From a virus: a stretch of 64,000 nucleotides of DNA. The DNA lies in IMG/VR virus record IMGVR_UViG_3300044712_000538, positions 1 through 64,000 of that record. One strand, 5' to 3'. How positions within the stretch are numbered: position 1 is the first letter of the stretch; every line of letters begins with the position of its first letter. Shown in pieces: positions 9,932-19,150 of the stretch. Made by a program: the position numbers and the translations under genes. The notes under the pieces are model-generated. The model was given only the letters and a program-made list of their open reading frames with translations, did no database searches and was not told the DNA's origin.

Positions 9932-10294
9932 TTATTTATTTAAAGCTTGTTCTGCAAATCGTACCGCTTCAAACCATTGTGCTGGTGTTGGCATTCCGGA
10001 TCGTAGCCCTTCCTGCTCGGATAAATGAAGATGGACGAGCCTCATAAGTGCTTTCCGGATTTCGGATTCTCTTGGATCTTTTTGTATTTTGAACTTGGCT
10101 TCATGGCTGAAAACAACCGTGATCCGTCCGCTGGCAGTTTCAGCGTATAGCTTCCCAACTTCATCCCTCCACCACTCCAGAATATCATTGTCTACGTCCT
10201 CCAGCGTAAACGGACATTGTAGTGCATACTCCACCCCATAGATTCCAACGCTCGGATCTCCTTGGTCGGTGACATAACAAATTAAGTTGCCCAT
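9932..10294 (-). CDS. hypothetical protein
   Basis: 120 aa; GDPSVGI motif. Confidence 0.65.
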   Translation of the reverse strand: MGNLICYVTDQGDPSVGIYGVEYALQCPFTLEDVDNDILEWWRDEVGKLYAETASGRITVVFSHEAKFKIQKDPRESEIRKALMRLVHLHLSEQEGLRSGMPTPAQWFEAVRFAEQALNK

Positions 10295-10387
10295 ACATCA
10301 TATTTTAAAAGTCTTGAAATCATGAACATTGTCTTACAGTAGATCGGAGATCGATATATACTCATTTGAATCCGAACATCGTCGTAC

Positions 10388-10591
10388 CTACTCATCCTGT
10401 GCTTCATTCCTGAGGTGTTGGGTGTTAAGAATTTTGACGCTATAAGTGGCCATGGAAAGAAAATCAAGCCCTTCCTGCCTTCTTACCTTGGCCTTGATAG
10501 TTTCCATATCGTCGTTCTCATCGCAGCGGATTTTTGTTGTGCCGGAATATGATCCGTAAACAACACTTACTGTGTGAATTACCTGTGCCAT
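10388..10591 (-). CDS. hypothetical protein
   Basis: 67-aa ORF within the operon. Confidence 0.55.
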   Translation of the reverse strand: MAQVIHTVSVVYGSYSGTTKIRCDENDDMETIKAKVRRQEGLDFLSMATYSVKILNTQHLRNEAQDE

Positions 10592-10612
10592 AATTGGTTA
10601 TTGTTTAGTGGT

Positions 10613-11317
10613 TTAGAAAAGACATAATTGGCCAGTCTTGGTGGCTATAACCGTTTCTGGCTCCGGTTCCTGCTTTACTGGATCTTTCCATCTTTTAACT
10701 GGAGGGAGGCCGTTGGCCATCCTTGTTGCATCGTATGCATCTATAACGGACTTCTCCAGAATATCATAGTTGATTTTCATCCATCGCTCAATCCTATCCA
10801 GCGCCCATATCATTGCATCCTGCCTTGATTCGTAAAGGTGGTCATAGTGCATGAAGGCTCCAGAATATGATCCGGTATCCTTTGCTTCAAGCTTATACCC
10901 GTATAACCATTGCCCGTTTGGGCATTCGTAAAGCCTTATTGTTATCTCGGATTTTTTGGTCTTGGCAATGGTAACCGGGACCTCCTCAGGATAGGGGCAT
11001 TCTATCCAGCGGCCGCCGGCACTACACCTGAATGTCGTGTACCCGGCAATTTTGGCCGTATATATGGCCCTGATGCCCCATTTGATGATCCGCTTATCGT
11101 CGCATCCATCGTTCTCGTAATGAAGCCGGATGGCCTTGGCAACGTCTTTTATGGTTACTTCCTGCCATCCATGGTCGGTATCCAGTACGGCACCAAGGGG
11201 AGAAAGATAAGCCAGGATCGGGATGCGGACGTTATCGGGCAGGGAGTCAATTTCTTTTCGCTCAGGGCTCCACCTATTGGATGGGGGAGCGGCTGTGTCT
11301 TTGTTCTTTTTGGCCAT
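10613..11317 (-). CDS. hypothetical protein with C-terminal QLCLF
   Basis: start MAKKNK preceded by AAAACCACGACC. Confidence 0.7.
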   Translation of the reverse strand: MAKKNKDTAAPPSNRWSPERKEIDSLPDNVRIPILAYLSPLGAVLDTDHGWQEVTIKDVAKAIRLHYENDGCDDKRIIKWGIRAIYTAKIAGYTTFRCSAGGRWIECPYPEEVPVTIAKTKKSEITIRLYECPNGQWLYGYKLEAKDTGSYSGAFMHYDHLYESRQDAMIWALDRIERWMKINYDILEKSVIDAYDATRMANGLPPVKRWKDPVKQEPEPETVIATKTGQLCLF

Positions 11318-11426
11318 GGTCGTGGTTTTTTTGTTTGCGTTCTCTACGGGTATTATTGATCGTGTCAATTACCCATGCTGCAGCGAATAGGGCAATGATT
11401 GCCCAAAAGATGATCTTTCCTATCAT
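11274..11426 (-). CDS. small membrane protein
   Basis: MIGKIIFWAIIALFAAAWVI TM segment. Confidence 0.45.
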   Translation of the reverse strand: MIGKIIFWAIIALFAAAWVIDTINNTRRERKQKNHDHGQKEQRHSRSPIQ

Positions 11427-11445
11427 TGTGGTTTTCTTTGGGTGG

Positions 11446-11640
11446 TCAATAGCAATTATAGCCGTCATCCCGCCATGGTCGCTGGCCGTCGATGACGCAA
11501 GTATCATAGGCGTATGTCATTGGAACTCGGTAGTTCACATAACACTTGTAGCACTTCACATTGGCTTGCTCCTCAGCCTTCTCGCAGGAGATAAAGAAAA
11601 GGAGCATGAACAGGGCGGCTAAGGCAATTTTAATTTTCAT
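11446..11640 (-). CDS. small lipoprotein
   Basis: MKIKIALAALFMLLFFIS-C lipobox; Cys-rich. Confidence 0.6.
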   Translation of the reverse strand: MKIKIALAALFMLLFFISCEKAEEQANVKCYKCYVNYRVPMTYAYDTCVIDGQRPWRDDGYNCY

Positions 11641-11733
11641 TTTCGTTGTTCCCATTTTTGATAAATGCATCGAATTATCCACCAGAATACGGTAGTTATC
11701 AAGCACCAAAAAACTACATCACCTAATGCCATC

Positions 11734-12579
11734 CTAAAAATTCCATATCGTCCAAACGCCATTTATTTGCCTTTCCCTTATCCATGCTCCGGTTTTATAG
11801 AGGGTGAATCTTACGGCAGTTTTAACCCCGGAAACGGTATAATATCGGGTGAATCTATACATCCTTATGCTGGTGTCTTCCTTGAATCGAATATGCGGCC
11901 TTTCTGCCCCCGTCAACGCCTTATGGGCATCCAGCGTATCGCTTACCCTTGCCACCCCAACGGTGTCCGTCATGTGGATCGACATTGAAAATTCAATGAT
12001 CTTGGAGTAGTCGATGGAGCATGTATCTCGGTCGATGTAGACGGTATCCTTCACCGGTCTTGTACTGTCTGGCGGTGGCAGTTCGCCTATTACCGGCTCG
12101 ATAAAATACTGGCTATTGCCGAATTGGGAGGCAGGGAAGGTAACCGTGGGAGAATAGGTGTATGTCCCTCCGATCCCAGTATATTTCGGAAGCTTCATCG
12201 GGAATACGGCCGGGCTGGAAAAGTAGTTCCCGAACGGGCTGAGGTAGCTGATAATGTATTCCTGCCCGGCCGCCACCGGGATGGGAGAAGCGAATAGCAC
12301 TTCCTTCCATCCGGTTGTTTCGTCCATGCTGGTTGCCGAGGCCAGCAAATAACCGTTCCTCCACAATCCGATCGATACATCGCCCCGAAATCCCCGGTAG
12401 TACCTGGCTCCGGTAACCATTGCATTCTGTTTCGGGACAAAGCGCAGCCCCAAGTTGATTGCCATGCCATCGCTGGTAAGCATCCCGCTATCCGGGGTCA
12501 TGAGACCCTGAGCGGTCAATCGGTAGGCCAACAGGGACATGGCCACAAAAAACAAAAGGGCGATGATGATCTTTTTCAT
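11734..12579 (-). CDS. secreted DUF4082-domain protein
   Basis: signal peptide; NLGLRF...VTGARYYRG...GWKEVLFASPIPV.AGQEYIISY. Confidence 0.8.
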   Translation of the reverse strand: MKKIIIALLFFVAMSLLAYRLTAQGLMTPDSGMLTSDGMAINLGLRFVPKQNAMVTGARYYRGFRGDVSIGLWRNGYLLASATSMDETTGWKEVLFASPIPVAAGQEYIISYLSPFGNYFSSPAVFPMKLPKYTGIGGTYTYSPTVTFPASQFGNSQYFIEPVIGELPPPDSTRPVKDTVYIDRDTCSIDYSKIIEFSMSIHMTDTVGVARVSDTLDAHKALTGAERPHIRFKEDTSIRMYRFTRYYTVSGVKTAVRFTLYKTGAWIRERQINGVWTIWNF

Positions 12580-12580
12580 T

Positions 12581-12973
12581 CTATTTGGATTTTCTTGTTC
12601 GGCTTACTTCCGGAACCCTCCAAAGGGCCAGTTTTTCGGAATCGACATGCGGATTAAAAAGGACATTGCCATCCAGCTTGAATCCTTCCATCATTTCATG
12701 CTCTATGGCAGCCCTGTAAGCGGCATATGCCGTTTTAATGATCTCGTCCGTGGTCATGTATTCGCTGAGATACCACTTTCGGCCGTGCCATGTTTCAGTC
12801 GTGCCAGTTTTGGTGCATCTGGCTGAATACTTGACCTGAATATACAACCTTCCTCCCTTTTCCGGGTGGATGTAAATCTGGTCCTCAATAACGTGCAGGG
12901 AGAATTGCTTTTCGAGGCATTCTGCTTTGATCCGGGAGAGGATGCGGGTAACCTTGGGCATCATTTTGTTCAT
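12581..12973 (-). CDS. conserved hypothetical phage protein
   Basis: GRKWYLS.YMT.DEIIKTA...EHE..EGF...FNPH. Confidence 0.75.
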   Translation of the reverse strand: MNKMMPKVTRILSRIKAECLEKQFSLHVIEDQIYIHPEKGGRLYIQVKYSARCTKTGTTETWHGRKWYLSEYMTTDEIIKTAYAAYRAAIEHEMMEGFKLDGNVLFNPHVDSEKLALWRVPEVSRTRKSK

Positions 12974-12984
12974 GGTTGTGTGGT

Positions 12985-13440
12985 TTAGTTCATATTGAAA
13001 TTGTAGGTGCCTATGCTGGTCTTGGTCTGGCGCATGGAATAGTATCCCATGTCATAGGCCAAGGCTCCGCTGGCGAATAGCTTGTAGTCGCCGGAAACGA
13101 GGTCGATCTTGTCAATTACCATGGGGACATACCCTGCAGCCTCAAATGTCTTCGTTACGTCTTTTAGGGCGGTCACCGGGATGACGCAATGAGGGTTCTT
13201 GTTAACCTGAAATCCGATCTCCCCCCTGGAATTGATCATTGCCTGTTTGGCATCCTCCCCGAAGCAATATATAAAAGTGGTGCCGGGATAGACAACAAAC
13301 ATGATGATCTTGCGGTCCTGCAGGATTGGATAAATCTTCTTTACCTCTGTGCTGGCATGCTTGTAGACTTGGTAAAGCTTGTCGATGATGGACCAGTCGC
13401 GGTTGCTCAGGTGGTCCATAATTGGTCCGAAATTGTTCAT
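12985..13440 (-). CDS. stand-alone MutS domain I-like protein
   Basis: VKK.YP...IIMF...F..CFGEDA...IP..AL......AGY.....D resembles MutS_I. Confidence 0.55.
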   Translation of the reverse strand: MNNFGPIMDHLSNRDWSIIDKLYQVYKHASTEVKKIYPILQDRKIIMFVVYPGTTFIYCFGEDAKQAMINSRGEIGFQVNKNPHCVIPVTALKDVTKTFEAAGYVPMVIDKIDLVSGDYKLFASGALAYDMGYYSMRQTKTSIGTYNFNMN

Positions 13441-13573
13441 GTTATTGGGTTTGGTTTTGTGGAATAAAAAGGGCCCCGCTATGGAAATAGAGGGCCGTCA
13501 ACCATTTCTAACTTGTGAGTCCGAAATAAAGGTACGAGAGTGCTTTGAAATTTCAAAGGGCTGGATTGTATTT

Positions 13574-13831
13574 TTAGGCAAGAAGATCTGTTTCTGGATT
13601 TTCTAGCCTTACAATTTCCCCTTTTACTTCGTAATGGACGCAGCCTTCCGGGATGTAGCTTTCCCCGTCTGGATTACAATGAGGTACTTTTTTGATCGTT
13701 TGGATGAGCGCTTCGACTTCCTTTGCAATTTCATCCATCTGGTCCTGATCCAGTATCCCATCGTCCGGGATCTTGTCAATGGAAATGTCAAAGGTGATCC
13801 CTACCCTTGCCCATACTTTAATCTTTGCCAT
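13574..13831 (-). CDS. hypothetical protein
   Basis: KVWARVG...DGESYIP. Confidence 0.65.
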   Translation of the reverse strand: MAKIKVWARVGITFDISIDKIPDDGILDQDQMDEIAKEVEALIQTIKKVPHCNPDGESYIPEGCVHYEVKGEIVRLENPETDLLA

Positions 13832-14015
13832 GTGTGTCGATTTTTCGGTTTTTAAGTTTACGTTCTGTGACTTGCTTCTTGTGGCATTCTATGCATAGGT
13901 GGAAGCGGCGCATCTTGAGTTTGCCGAAACGGGTATCTTTCTCCCAATAGAATCCGTATTTAGCATCCTTGTGCTGTCCGCAATATTTACAGTAATGAAG
14001 GTTTTCCATGCTCAA
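13818..14015 (-). CDS. small zinc-finger protein
   Basis: CKYC...CIEC. Confidence 0.5.
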   Translation of the reverse strand: MSMENLHYCKYCGQHKDAKYGFYWEKDTRFGKLKMRRFHLCIECHKKQVTERKLKNRKIDTHGKD

Positions 14016-14018
14016 TGG

Positions 14019-14780
14019 TTAAAATAGTGGCAGTTGAACTGTTTGTTTATGGCTCTGGTAGTCCTTGTTGGCCTCATAGAAGGCTCTGGAGAATCCCTTG
14101 GGGGTATTGGACCGGATTTCCTTGGTGCGGTCGGATTTGCCCCCTAATCGCATATGTGGGCTGCCCCACTCGTTCCCCTTCACCGGCTCAATGGGCATTT
14201 TCTTCATGTTCCGGTTAAAGTTGCCCCACAATCCGGTTTTCTTGGTGTATGCTTCCATCTGCAGGATAAAATCGCTTTCCTCCGGGGTTACTCCCTTCCC
14301 GTTCTTGGTCCGGATCTCGGAAAGCTTTTTCAGGTCTTCGCTGGATGGGGAGTTCCATCCGGCAAATTCCGATGGGTGGAAGTAGTAGGGGTTGTCCAGT
14401 CCTGTGAGGCTGCCGATCCTTCCAACCGGGTTTTCAATGGCCCAAAAGAATGTACCCTCATACTCCGGGTCGGTCGGCTCAAACACGTCCACAATTTTCA
14501 TTACCTGGCTTACCAGTAGGATGGAAGCTGCGGTCTGTCCTGTCTGGTCCTTGATGTTAAACCAGCGGGCGCCGGAACTGGCAAAATCCGTGCATGGGAC
14601 TGCAGCAATAATGCCGTCTACGTTCTCGAAGTTTTCAAGGCAATATTCCACGGAATCAATATTGTGGATGTCCATGAGTTCATCCAGTTTTATGTCCCAT
14701 TTGATCACGTTCCAACCCGCTTGGAAAAACGGGTCGGACCATGTTCCTGAGTAGTCAAAAAGGCTGAGTAATGTTTTCAT
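14019..14780 (-). CDS. DNA cytosine-5 methyltransferase-like protein
   Basis: LLSLFDYSG (motif I), VPCTDF (catalytic PC), IENPVG (motif VI), YTKKTGLWG. Confidence 0.8.
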   Translation of the reverse strand: MKTLLSLFDYSGTWSDPFFQAGWNVIKWDIKLDELMDIHNIDSVEYCLENFENVDGIIAAVPCTDFASSGARWFNIKDQTGQTAASILLVSQVMKIVDVFEPTDPEYEGTFFWAIENPVGRIGSLTGLDNPYYFHPSEFAGWNSPSSEDLKKLSEIRTKNGKGVTPEESDFILQMEAYTKKTGLWGNFNRNMKKMPIEPVKGNEWGSPHMRLGGKSDRTKEIRSNTPKGFSRAFYEANKDYQSHKQTVQLPLF

Positions 14781-14971
14781 TCCGGATAGATTTTAACGGC
14801 GCTGGCGGGGGCCCCTGTGTATTTGCAAATGAGGTCCTTGGCTTCCTGTTCGGTCCGGGCGCGCATGGAATACCGGTCGTATCCCCTGCCTCCGCATTTT
14901 ACTGTTGCCCGCCACTTTGGATCGGTAGCTGGAGCGCCGGTGTGAACGAATTTGAACGTGTCCTTTTTCAT
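14777..14971 (-). CDS. hypothetical protein
   Basis: 64 aa, translationally coupled. Confidence 0.5.
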   Translation of the reverse strand: MKKDTFKFVHTGAPATDPKWRATVKCGGRGYDRYSMRARTEQEAKDLICKYTGAPASAVKIYPE

Positions 14972-14973
14972 AA

Positions 14974-15231
14974 TTACCAGTTGAAAGATTTCAGGGTTTT
15001 AAGGACAATTTTTTCTGAATTTGTAAGCGGAAGGTTTTTGGGGCTTTCCATTTGCTTTGAAAACTTTCCATCCTCCAGCACTTCGTCGGGGCTAAATGGC
15101 TGCGGGCTTACTATGTCTGATTCATCAAGGTCCCGGTTGTCGTAATCGACAATTACAAACCGAACATCGTCGGTATTTGCGGAGATAGATTGGATCAGTC
15201 CTCCTTCAATCGTGATCAATACTTTGGTCAT
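14974..15231 (-). CDS. hypothetical protein
   Basis: KVLITIEGGLIQ...IVDYD. Confidence 0.7.
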   Translation of the reverse strand: MTKVLITIEGGLIQSISANTDDVRFVIVDYDNRDLDESDIVSPQPFSPDEVLEDGKFSKQMESPKNLPLTNSEKIVLKTLKSFNW

Positions 15232-15323
15232 GGCCTGTGGTTTTAAATTTCAATCAAGATACTGTACGGTCCCTGTACTTCCAAGGGAATTGTGATGGGC
15301 GGCAATATGCCGGGATGAGCGGT
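15232..15323 (-). promoter_or_regulatory. promoter with two 20-bp-spaced direct repeats
   Basis: plus-strand GATGGGCGGC at 15294 and GATGAGCGGT at 15314; -7-like TATCTTG on the minus strand. Confidence 0.65.
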
Positions 15324-15601
15324 TAGGGGCGATATGGGCCCCCTACCTTAACGGTCTGCCCGGTAGCGGATACCACGGCATACCCATCAATTTTAAGGCG
15401 CTCATAGTCCTGGCGGATCATGTCATGGACCTGTTGATACTCGGGCTGGTGGTCGTATATCTTCATGACGAGCGGGTTAAACGTAATCCTGCCTATTTCT
15501 GCATAGCTTCCACGGTGTTCTTTCCGGCGATCCGTGTAAACGTATGCATTCGGATAGGTGCCGCAAAATAGGTCCGTAGCGGGGTTAAATGGCGGTGTCA
15601 T
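15323..15601 (-). CDS. hypothetical protein
   Basis: 92-aa ORF. Confidence 0.6.
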   Translation of the reverse strand: MTPPFNPATDLFCGTYPNAYVYTDRRKEHRGSYAEIGRITFNPLVMKIYDHQPEYQQVHDMIRQDYERLKIDGYAVVSATGQTVKVGGPYRP

Positions 15602-15921
15602 GCTTCCTGAAAATTTAAAAGTTGAGTAAGTACAAAGCTTTCCAGTATGTCGAAAAATCCTCCTTCCTCAACGTCCGGATCGTCACGGAGTCTGCGGGTA
15701 AATTCCATAGTACACTCCATGGCGAAAATCCACATTCCTCCCTGTCCATGCTCGGCCATTACATCCAGCAGTTTGCATTCCAACGGATCGAGTTCTTCGC
15801 CTATCTTCTTAGCGGCAATATCACCATGTATGTCTTCTATGATGGCAACAACGTGGTAGTGGGTTTCCAGAAAATCCTCCAGTCCGTGCTTGCTGATAAG
15901 GGCTATTTGTTCCTGTGTCAT
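15598..15921 (-). CDS. hypothetical protein
   Basis: FLETHY.VV...GQGGMW..A...T.EF. Confidence 0.65.
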   Translation of the reverse strand: MTQEQIALISKHGLEDFLETHYHVVAIIEDIHGDIAAKKIGEELDPLECKLLDVMAEHGQGGMWIFAMECTMEFTRRLRDDPDVEEGGFFDILESFVLTQLLNFQEA

Positions 15922-15925
15922 GGCG

Positions 15926-16147
15926 TCATTGTTTGGTGGCTTCTAATTTTTGAACGAGGTGAATCCAAAGGTCGTCGGCTGACATTGCCGGGAGTTTATT
16001 CTCACGCAGCCATGCGTTATACAGTTCGGAAAGTACATTGTGGTGGCTCTCGTCCGTATCGTTCCACAATTCGGTAAACTGCTCCAGAATGATTAGCTGG
16101 CGGTCCGTGGTCTTATGCTTGGCTCCTTTTTCGTAATCGTATGGCAT
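15926..16147 (-). CDS. hypothetical protein
   Basis: start MPYDY; WL.EN.LP.MSADDL. Confidence 0.55.
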   Translation of the reverse strand: MPYDYEKGAKHKTTDRQLIILEQFTELWNDTDESHHNVLSELYNAWLRENKLPAMSADDLWIHLVQKLEATKQ

Positions 16148-16163
16148 GGTAGGTATTTTTAAA

Positions 16164-16183
16164 GGGCAGGGTTTCCCCTGCCC
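16164..16183 (-). terminator. hairpin / weak terminator
   Basis: GGGCAGGG-TTTC-CCCTGCCC. Confidence 0.5.
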
Positions 16184-16194
16184 CTGTTGGTTAA

Positions 16195-17433
16195 TCAAAG
16201 GTGGGATGAGGCCCAATTATCTGCGGCTTGGTCAAGGGATGCATCCAGCATGTCCCCGCCATGGTCATGCTCAGGTTGCTGGTCTGCATCGGCTCCTGTC
16301 CAGCCGAGGGTGCGCAGGTAGTTCCGGGTGGCTGGCGTGTCCTTCTTGTACCACAATTTCCCGAAGCGGCTCCACCGAAAACCGTTCCTTTTCAAGCTAT
16401 CCAGTACGTCCGGGTCCGGCTTCCGGGCGAACTTTACTTCAATCCCTCCTTTTGCCGGGTTGGAAGTTACCAGTAGTTCACCGGCCGGGTGTTCTTGTGG
16501 TGCGGGGATTGGTACTACCGGCTCCTGATTGGCGAAATTTTCTCCCATGGCTCCGGCTCTGGCTCCTTCCTTTAAGTCCACCTTCCTGATCCTCCATCCG
16601 GTGCCATGGTATCTTTCCGTGGATGAGATCCCGAAAGAGATTTCCCGGTTGCGGATTTCAAACCAGTGCGGGGTGTCGGCTATTTCCTCCATGTTCCGGG
16701 CTGCCTGTTTCAGTTCGTTCATGTCGTTCCGTGTGTACGGGGACCATGCGAGGAGGGCTCGGCGTTCCGTGCGGGTGGCGAAGTAGTCGCTATACAGGTC
16801 GCAAGCATCGACTTCGTAGGTGGCCACAATGGCGGCCGCTGCCCATGACGGGCGGGAGTCCAGGATTTCATTCTGCCGGGTTTCCTGTGCCAGTCGTTCC
16901 GAAGCTTCCACGATCTGCCGCTCCTGCCGTTCCCGTTGTTGGGCATCGGCCAGTGCGTTGGCTTTCTGGATGATCTCCTCCATCTCTTCCGGTGTTGCCT
17001 GAGTGTGGCTCTCATAGCTGGCCTTCACATCAATGGCCAATCGCTGGTACTTCTCACCGGCTCCGTCGATCTGGATGCAGGGAAAGCCGCCAAAACTGTT
17101 CCGCTGGCTGGATTCTACTACATAGAGGTCCCCGTTTTTCTCGAACACATGGCCGACCGGGGGGATAAACCGTACCGGGAGTTCGCCGGCCTCCAGTTTG
17201 GCGTTGAAATTGCGGATGCCTTGGTTCAAAGCTTTCTGGAGTGCGGCCTCCGTTGCCCGGCTGCAGGGAGTCCGGAGAAGCAGGATGTTCGGGTCGGAAA
17301 AGATGGCGATGGACCACATACCGTCATGGCTGGTGCCACCGGCTGCGGTTACGTCGATGGTCTGCGTTCTACTGTTTTTGCTGGCATAGATTTCCCAGTC
17401 ATACCCGTTTACTGATACTTTGTGCTTTAACAT
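16195..17433 (-). CDS. multi-domain hypothetical protein (mobile-element leading-region type)
   Basis: D..SDYF......LLAWS..TR.D..EL..AA domain plus C-terminal GIEVKF..KPD..V...LK.NGFRWS....WY domain. Confidence 0.7.
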   Translation of the reverse strand: MLKHKVSVNGYDWEIYASKNSRTQTIDVTAAGGTSHDGMWSIAIFSDPNILLLRTPCSRATEAALQKALNQGIRNFNAKLEAGELPVRFIPPVGHVFEKNGDLYVVESSQRNSFGGFPCIQIDGAGEKYQRLAIDVKASYESHTQATPEEMEEIIQKANALADAQQRERQERQIVEASERLAQETRQNEILDSRPSWAAAAIVATYEVDACDLYSDYFATRTERRALLAWSPYTRNDMNELKQAARNMEEIADTPHWFEIRNREISFGISSTERYHGTGWRIRKVDLKEGARAGAMGENFANQEPVVPIPAPQEHPAGELLVTSNPAKGGIEVKFARKPDPDVLDSLKRNGFRWSRFGKLWYKKDTPATRNYLRTLGWTGADADQQPEHDHGGDMLDASLDQAADNWASSHL

Positions 17434-17461
17434 GGTCTTATGGTTTTGTGTGTGAAAAATG

Positions 17462-17491
17462 AAAAAGAAAAGGACCGGCCGGGACCGGTCC
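17462..17491 (-). terminator. intrinsic terminator
   Basis: GGACCGG stem with a T-tract on the minus strand. Confidence 0.55.
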
Positions 17492-17501
17492 ATGGGCTAG
17501 G

Positions 17502-17750
17502 CTACCAGCTAATTTCCTCAATATACTCCGGGGTTACTTCGGACAAAATCTCGTTAATCTGGCGCTTCATTTCCTTCTCGTCGTTATTGCTGACGATGGC
17601 CTCCTCAATCTCTTCGCTGAGGTTGGCCATTTCGGACGTGTCCGGGAGGTCACTGAGGGATACTCCCATAATCCGCTGAACGTGACGATTGAGGAGGGTC
17701 CGGGCGGTTCCGTATGCTCCGTGTTTGGCTGCGTGTTCTTTGATGGTCAT
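17502..17750 (-). CDS. hypothetical protein
   Basis: 82 aa; G.SL.DLPD. Confidence 0.65.
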   Translation of the reverse strand: MTIKEHAAKHGAYGTARTLLNRHVQRIMGVSLSDLPDTSEMANLSEEIEEAIVSNNDEKEMKRQINEILSEVTPEYIEEISW

Positions 17751-17843
17751 GGTACTGTGGTTTTAAATTTGATGTAATATAGGGCACGGATTAAGGCAAT
17801 ACAAGGGAATTGGGATGAACGGTCTGGTAAAATGATGAGCGGT
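17751..17843 (-). promoter_or_regulatory. promoter with two 20-bp-spaced direct repeats
   Basis: GATGAACGGT at 17814 and GATGAGCGGT at 17834; same layout as 15232-15323. Confidence 0.65.
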
Positions 17844-18046
17844 TAATGAAGATCAAATACTTGTCTTTTGGTTACCTTTTTGCACATTTCAATCTCCCTG
17901 CAGTCCACGATGTCCGGTTCTGGCGGGTGCGGTCCTTCCACGATTTCAATGGCTAGTTTCTCGGCCGCCTGTTGGTCCTTGGCGGCTACATTGAACGTGT
18001 AAATCTTGGTATCTCTTACGGTGACTTCAAAAAATTGCTTGGCCAT
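17843..18046 (-). CDS. small hypothetical protein
   Basis: FEVTVR......V.A.D...AE..A. Confidence 0.55.
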   Translation of the reverse strand: MAKQFFEVTVRDTKIYTFNVAAKDQQAAEKLAIEIVEGPHPPEPDIVDCREIEMCKKVTKRQVFDLH

Positions 18047-18050
18047 GGTC

Positions 18051-18617
18051 TTAGTGGTTTAACTGTTTCAAATAATGGTGTTGGTCCATGTCGTCCATCA
18101 TGTCTATGATCTTCTTTAGTTCTGCCGGGCTAATCGGATTTGATTTTGGCTTTTCCGTTTCCTCCTCCGGCTGGCTCTCTGGAAATATGTCGTTTCTGTG
18201 AATGAACGCTTTAAAGAAAAGTTTTTCCCGCTCCTTTTGCTCCTTCTTGAATCGTTCCATTTCCTTCTTGTATGCCTGAGCATAGAAATGAAACTTGGCT
18301 TCAATCTCAACGTGCTGGCTCGGGGTTACTTCAATCTCTATGCTCCGGAACTTTCCCCGCTCGTTCTTCCGGGAATAGTAGGTTTTGATCCTTACCACGG
18401 TCCGCACAACTTGGAAGAATAGCGGCACCATGTCCGTGGGGACCTTGTACCATTTCCCGGTAGCGTGTTCATCGTCTATGTCTTCCATGGATATTCCGTG
18501 CTTTTCCATGGCGGCGTATAGCATCCTTTTTGCGTTCTCTTTCTCTCCTCCTTCTCCCTTATCGGCCAAAGCTTTTAGTTTCCTGAGGAGGTCCAAAATG
18601 CGGTTGTTGTCGGTCAT
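18051..18617 (-). CDS. DUF2786-like protein
   Basis: ILDLLRKLKALA.KG.GGEKENA..ML...M.KHGI. Confidence 0.75.
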   Translation of the reverse strand: MTDNNRILDLLRKLKALADKGEGGEKENAKRMLYAAMEKHGISMEDIDDEHATGKWYKVPTDMVPLFFQVVRTVVRIKTYYSRKNERGKFRSIEIEVTPSQHVEIEAKFHFYAQAYKKEMERFKKEQKEREKLFFKAFIHRNDIFPESQPEEETEKPKSNPISPAELKKIIDMMDDMDQHHYLKQLNH

Positions 18618-18844
18618 GGCTGACTGATTTTGCTCGTTTGTAAAATGATGGCTTTGCCGGTGGCGGTAGTCCTGACTGATTTCGGTCCGCACATCGCAGC
18701 CCCCAAAATGAGGGATACGATGATCCAAAAAATGCCGGGGTGGCTGGCTGACTGTCTGAGCGGGTGCTGGTTGTACTCTTGGCGGGTCATGGTCCGGTAG
18801 TTGATGGGTCGGGCGTGTGCTGGTTTGCGGTCTTTGTTCTGCAT
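18614..18844 (-). CDS. small membrane protein
   Basis: one TM segment IFWIIVSLILGAAM. Confidence 0.45.
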   Translation of the reverse strand: MQNKDRKPAHARPINYRTMTRQEYNQHPLRQSASHPGIFWIIVSLILGAAMCGPKSVRTTATGKAIILQTSKISQP

Positions 18845-18854
18845 GGTTATGGTT

Positions 18855-19139
18855 TTAAAGATTTTCGGCTATCCATATCTCCCGGTAGCTGGAGGACCGG
18901 GGCAGGGCGGTGGTGTGTTTGGCATCATTCAGGTCATGGGCAAAGGTTGCACGAATGGCGTGTTGGGCGTTGAATCCTTGGGACTCCCTTTCCATTCGGA
19001 TGGCGAACAGGTAAAAACCGGCCAGTCCTTCAAGGGATTCAGGTCCCTTGTGGTCCTCCATGGTCATTAGTTTGTATATCCATGTGGCTCTGTCAATGGT
19101 AAATGGGTTGCGGTCTGCTAAAAATTGGAATGCGTCCAT
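18855..19139 (-). CDS. hypothetical protein
   Basis: 94-aa ORF. Confidence 0.6.
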   Translation of the reverse strand: MDAFQFLADRNPFTIDRATWIYKLMTMEDHKGPESLEGLAGFYLFAIRMERESQGFNAQHAIRATFAHDLNDAKHTTALPRSSSYREIWIAENL

Positions 19140-19150
19140 GGTTGTGATTT

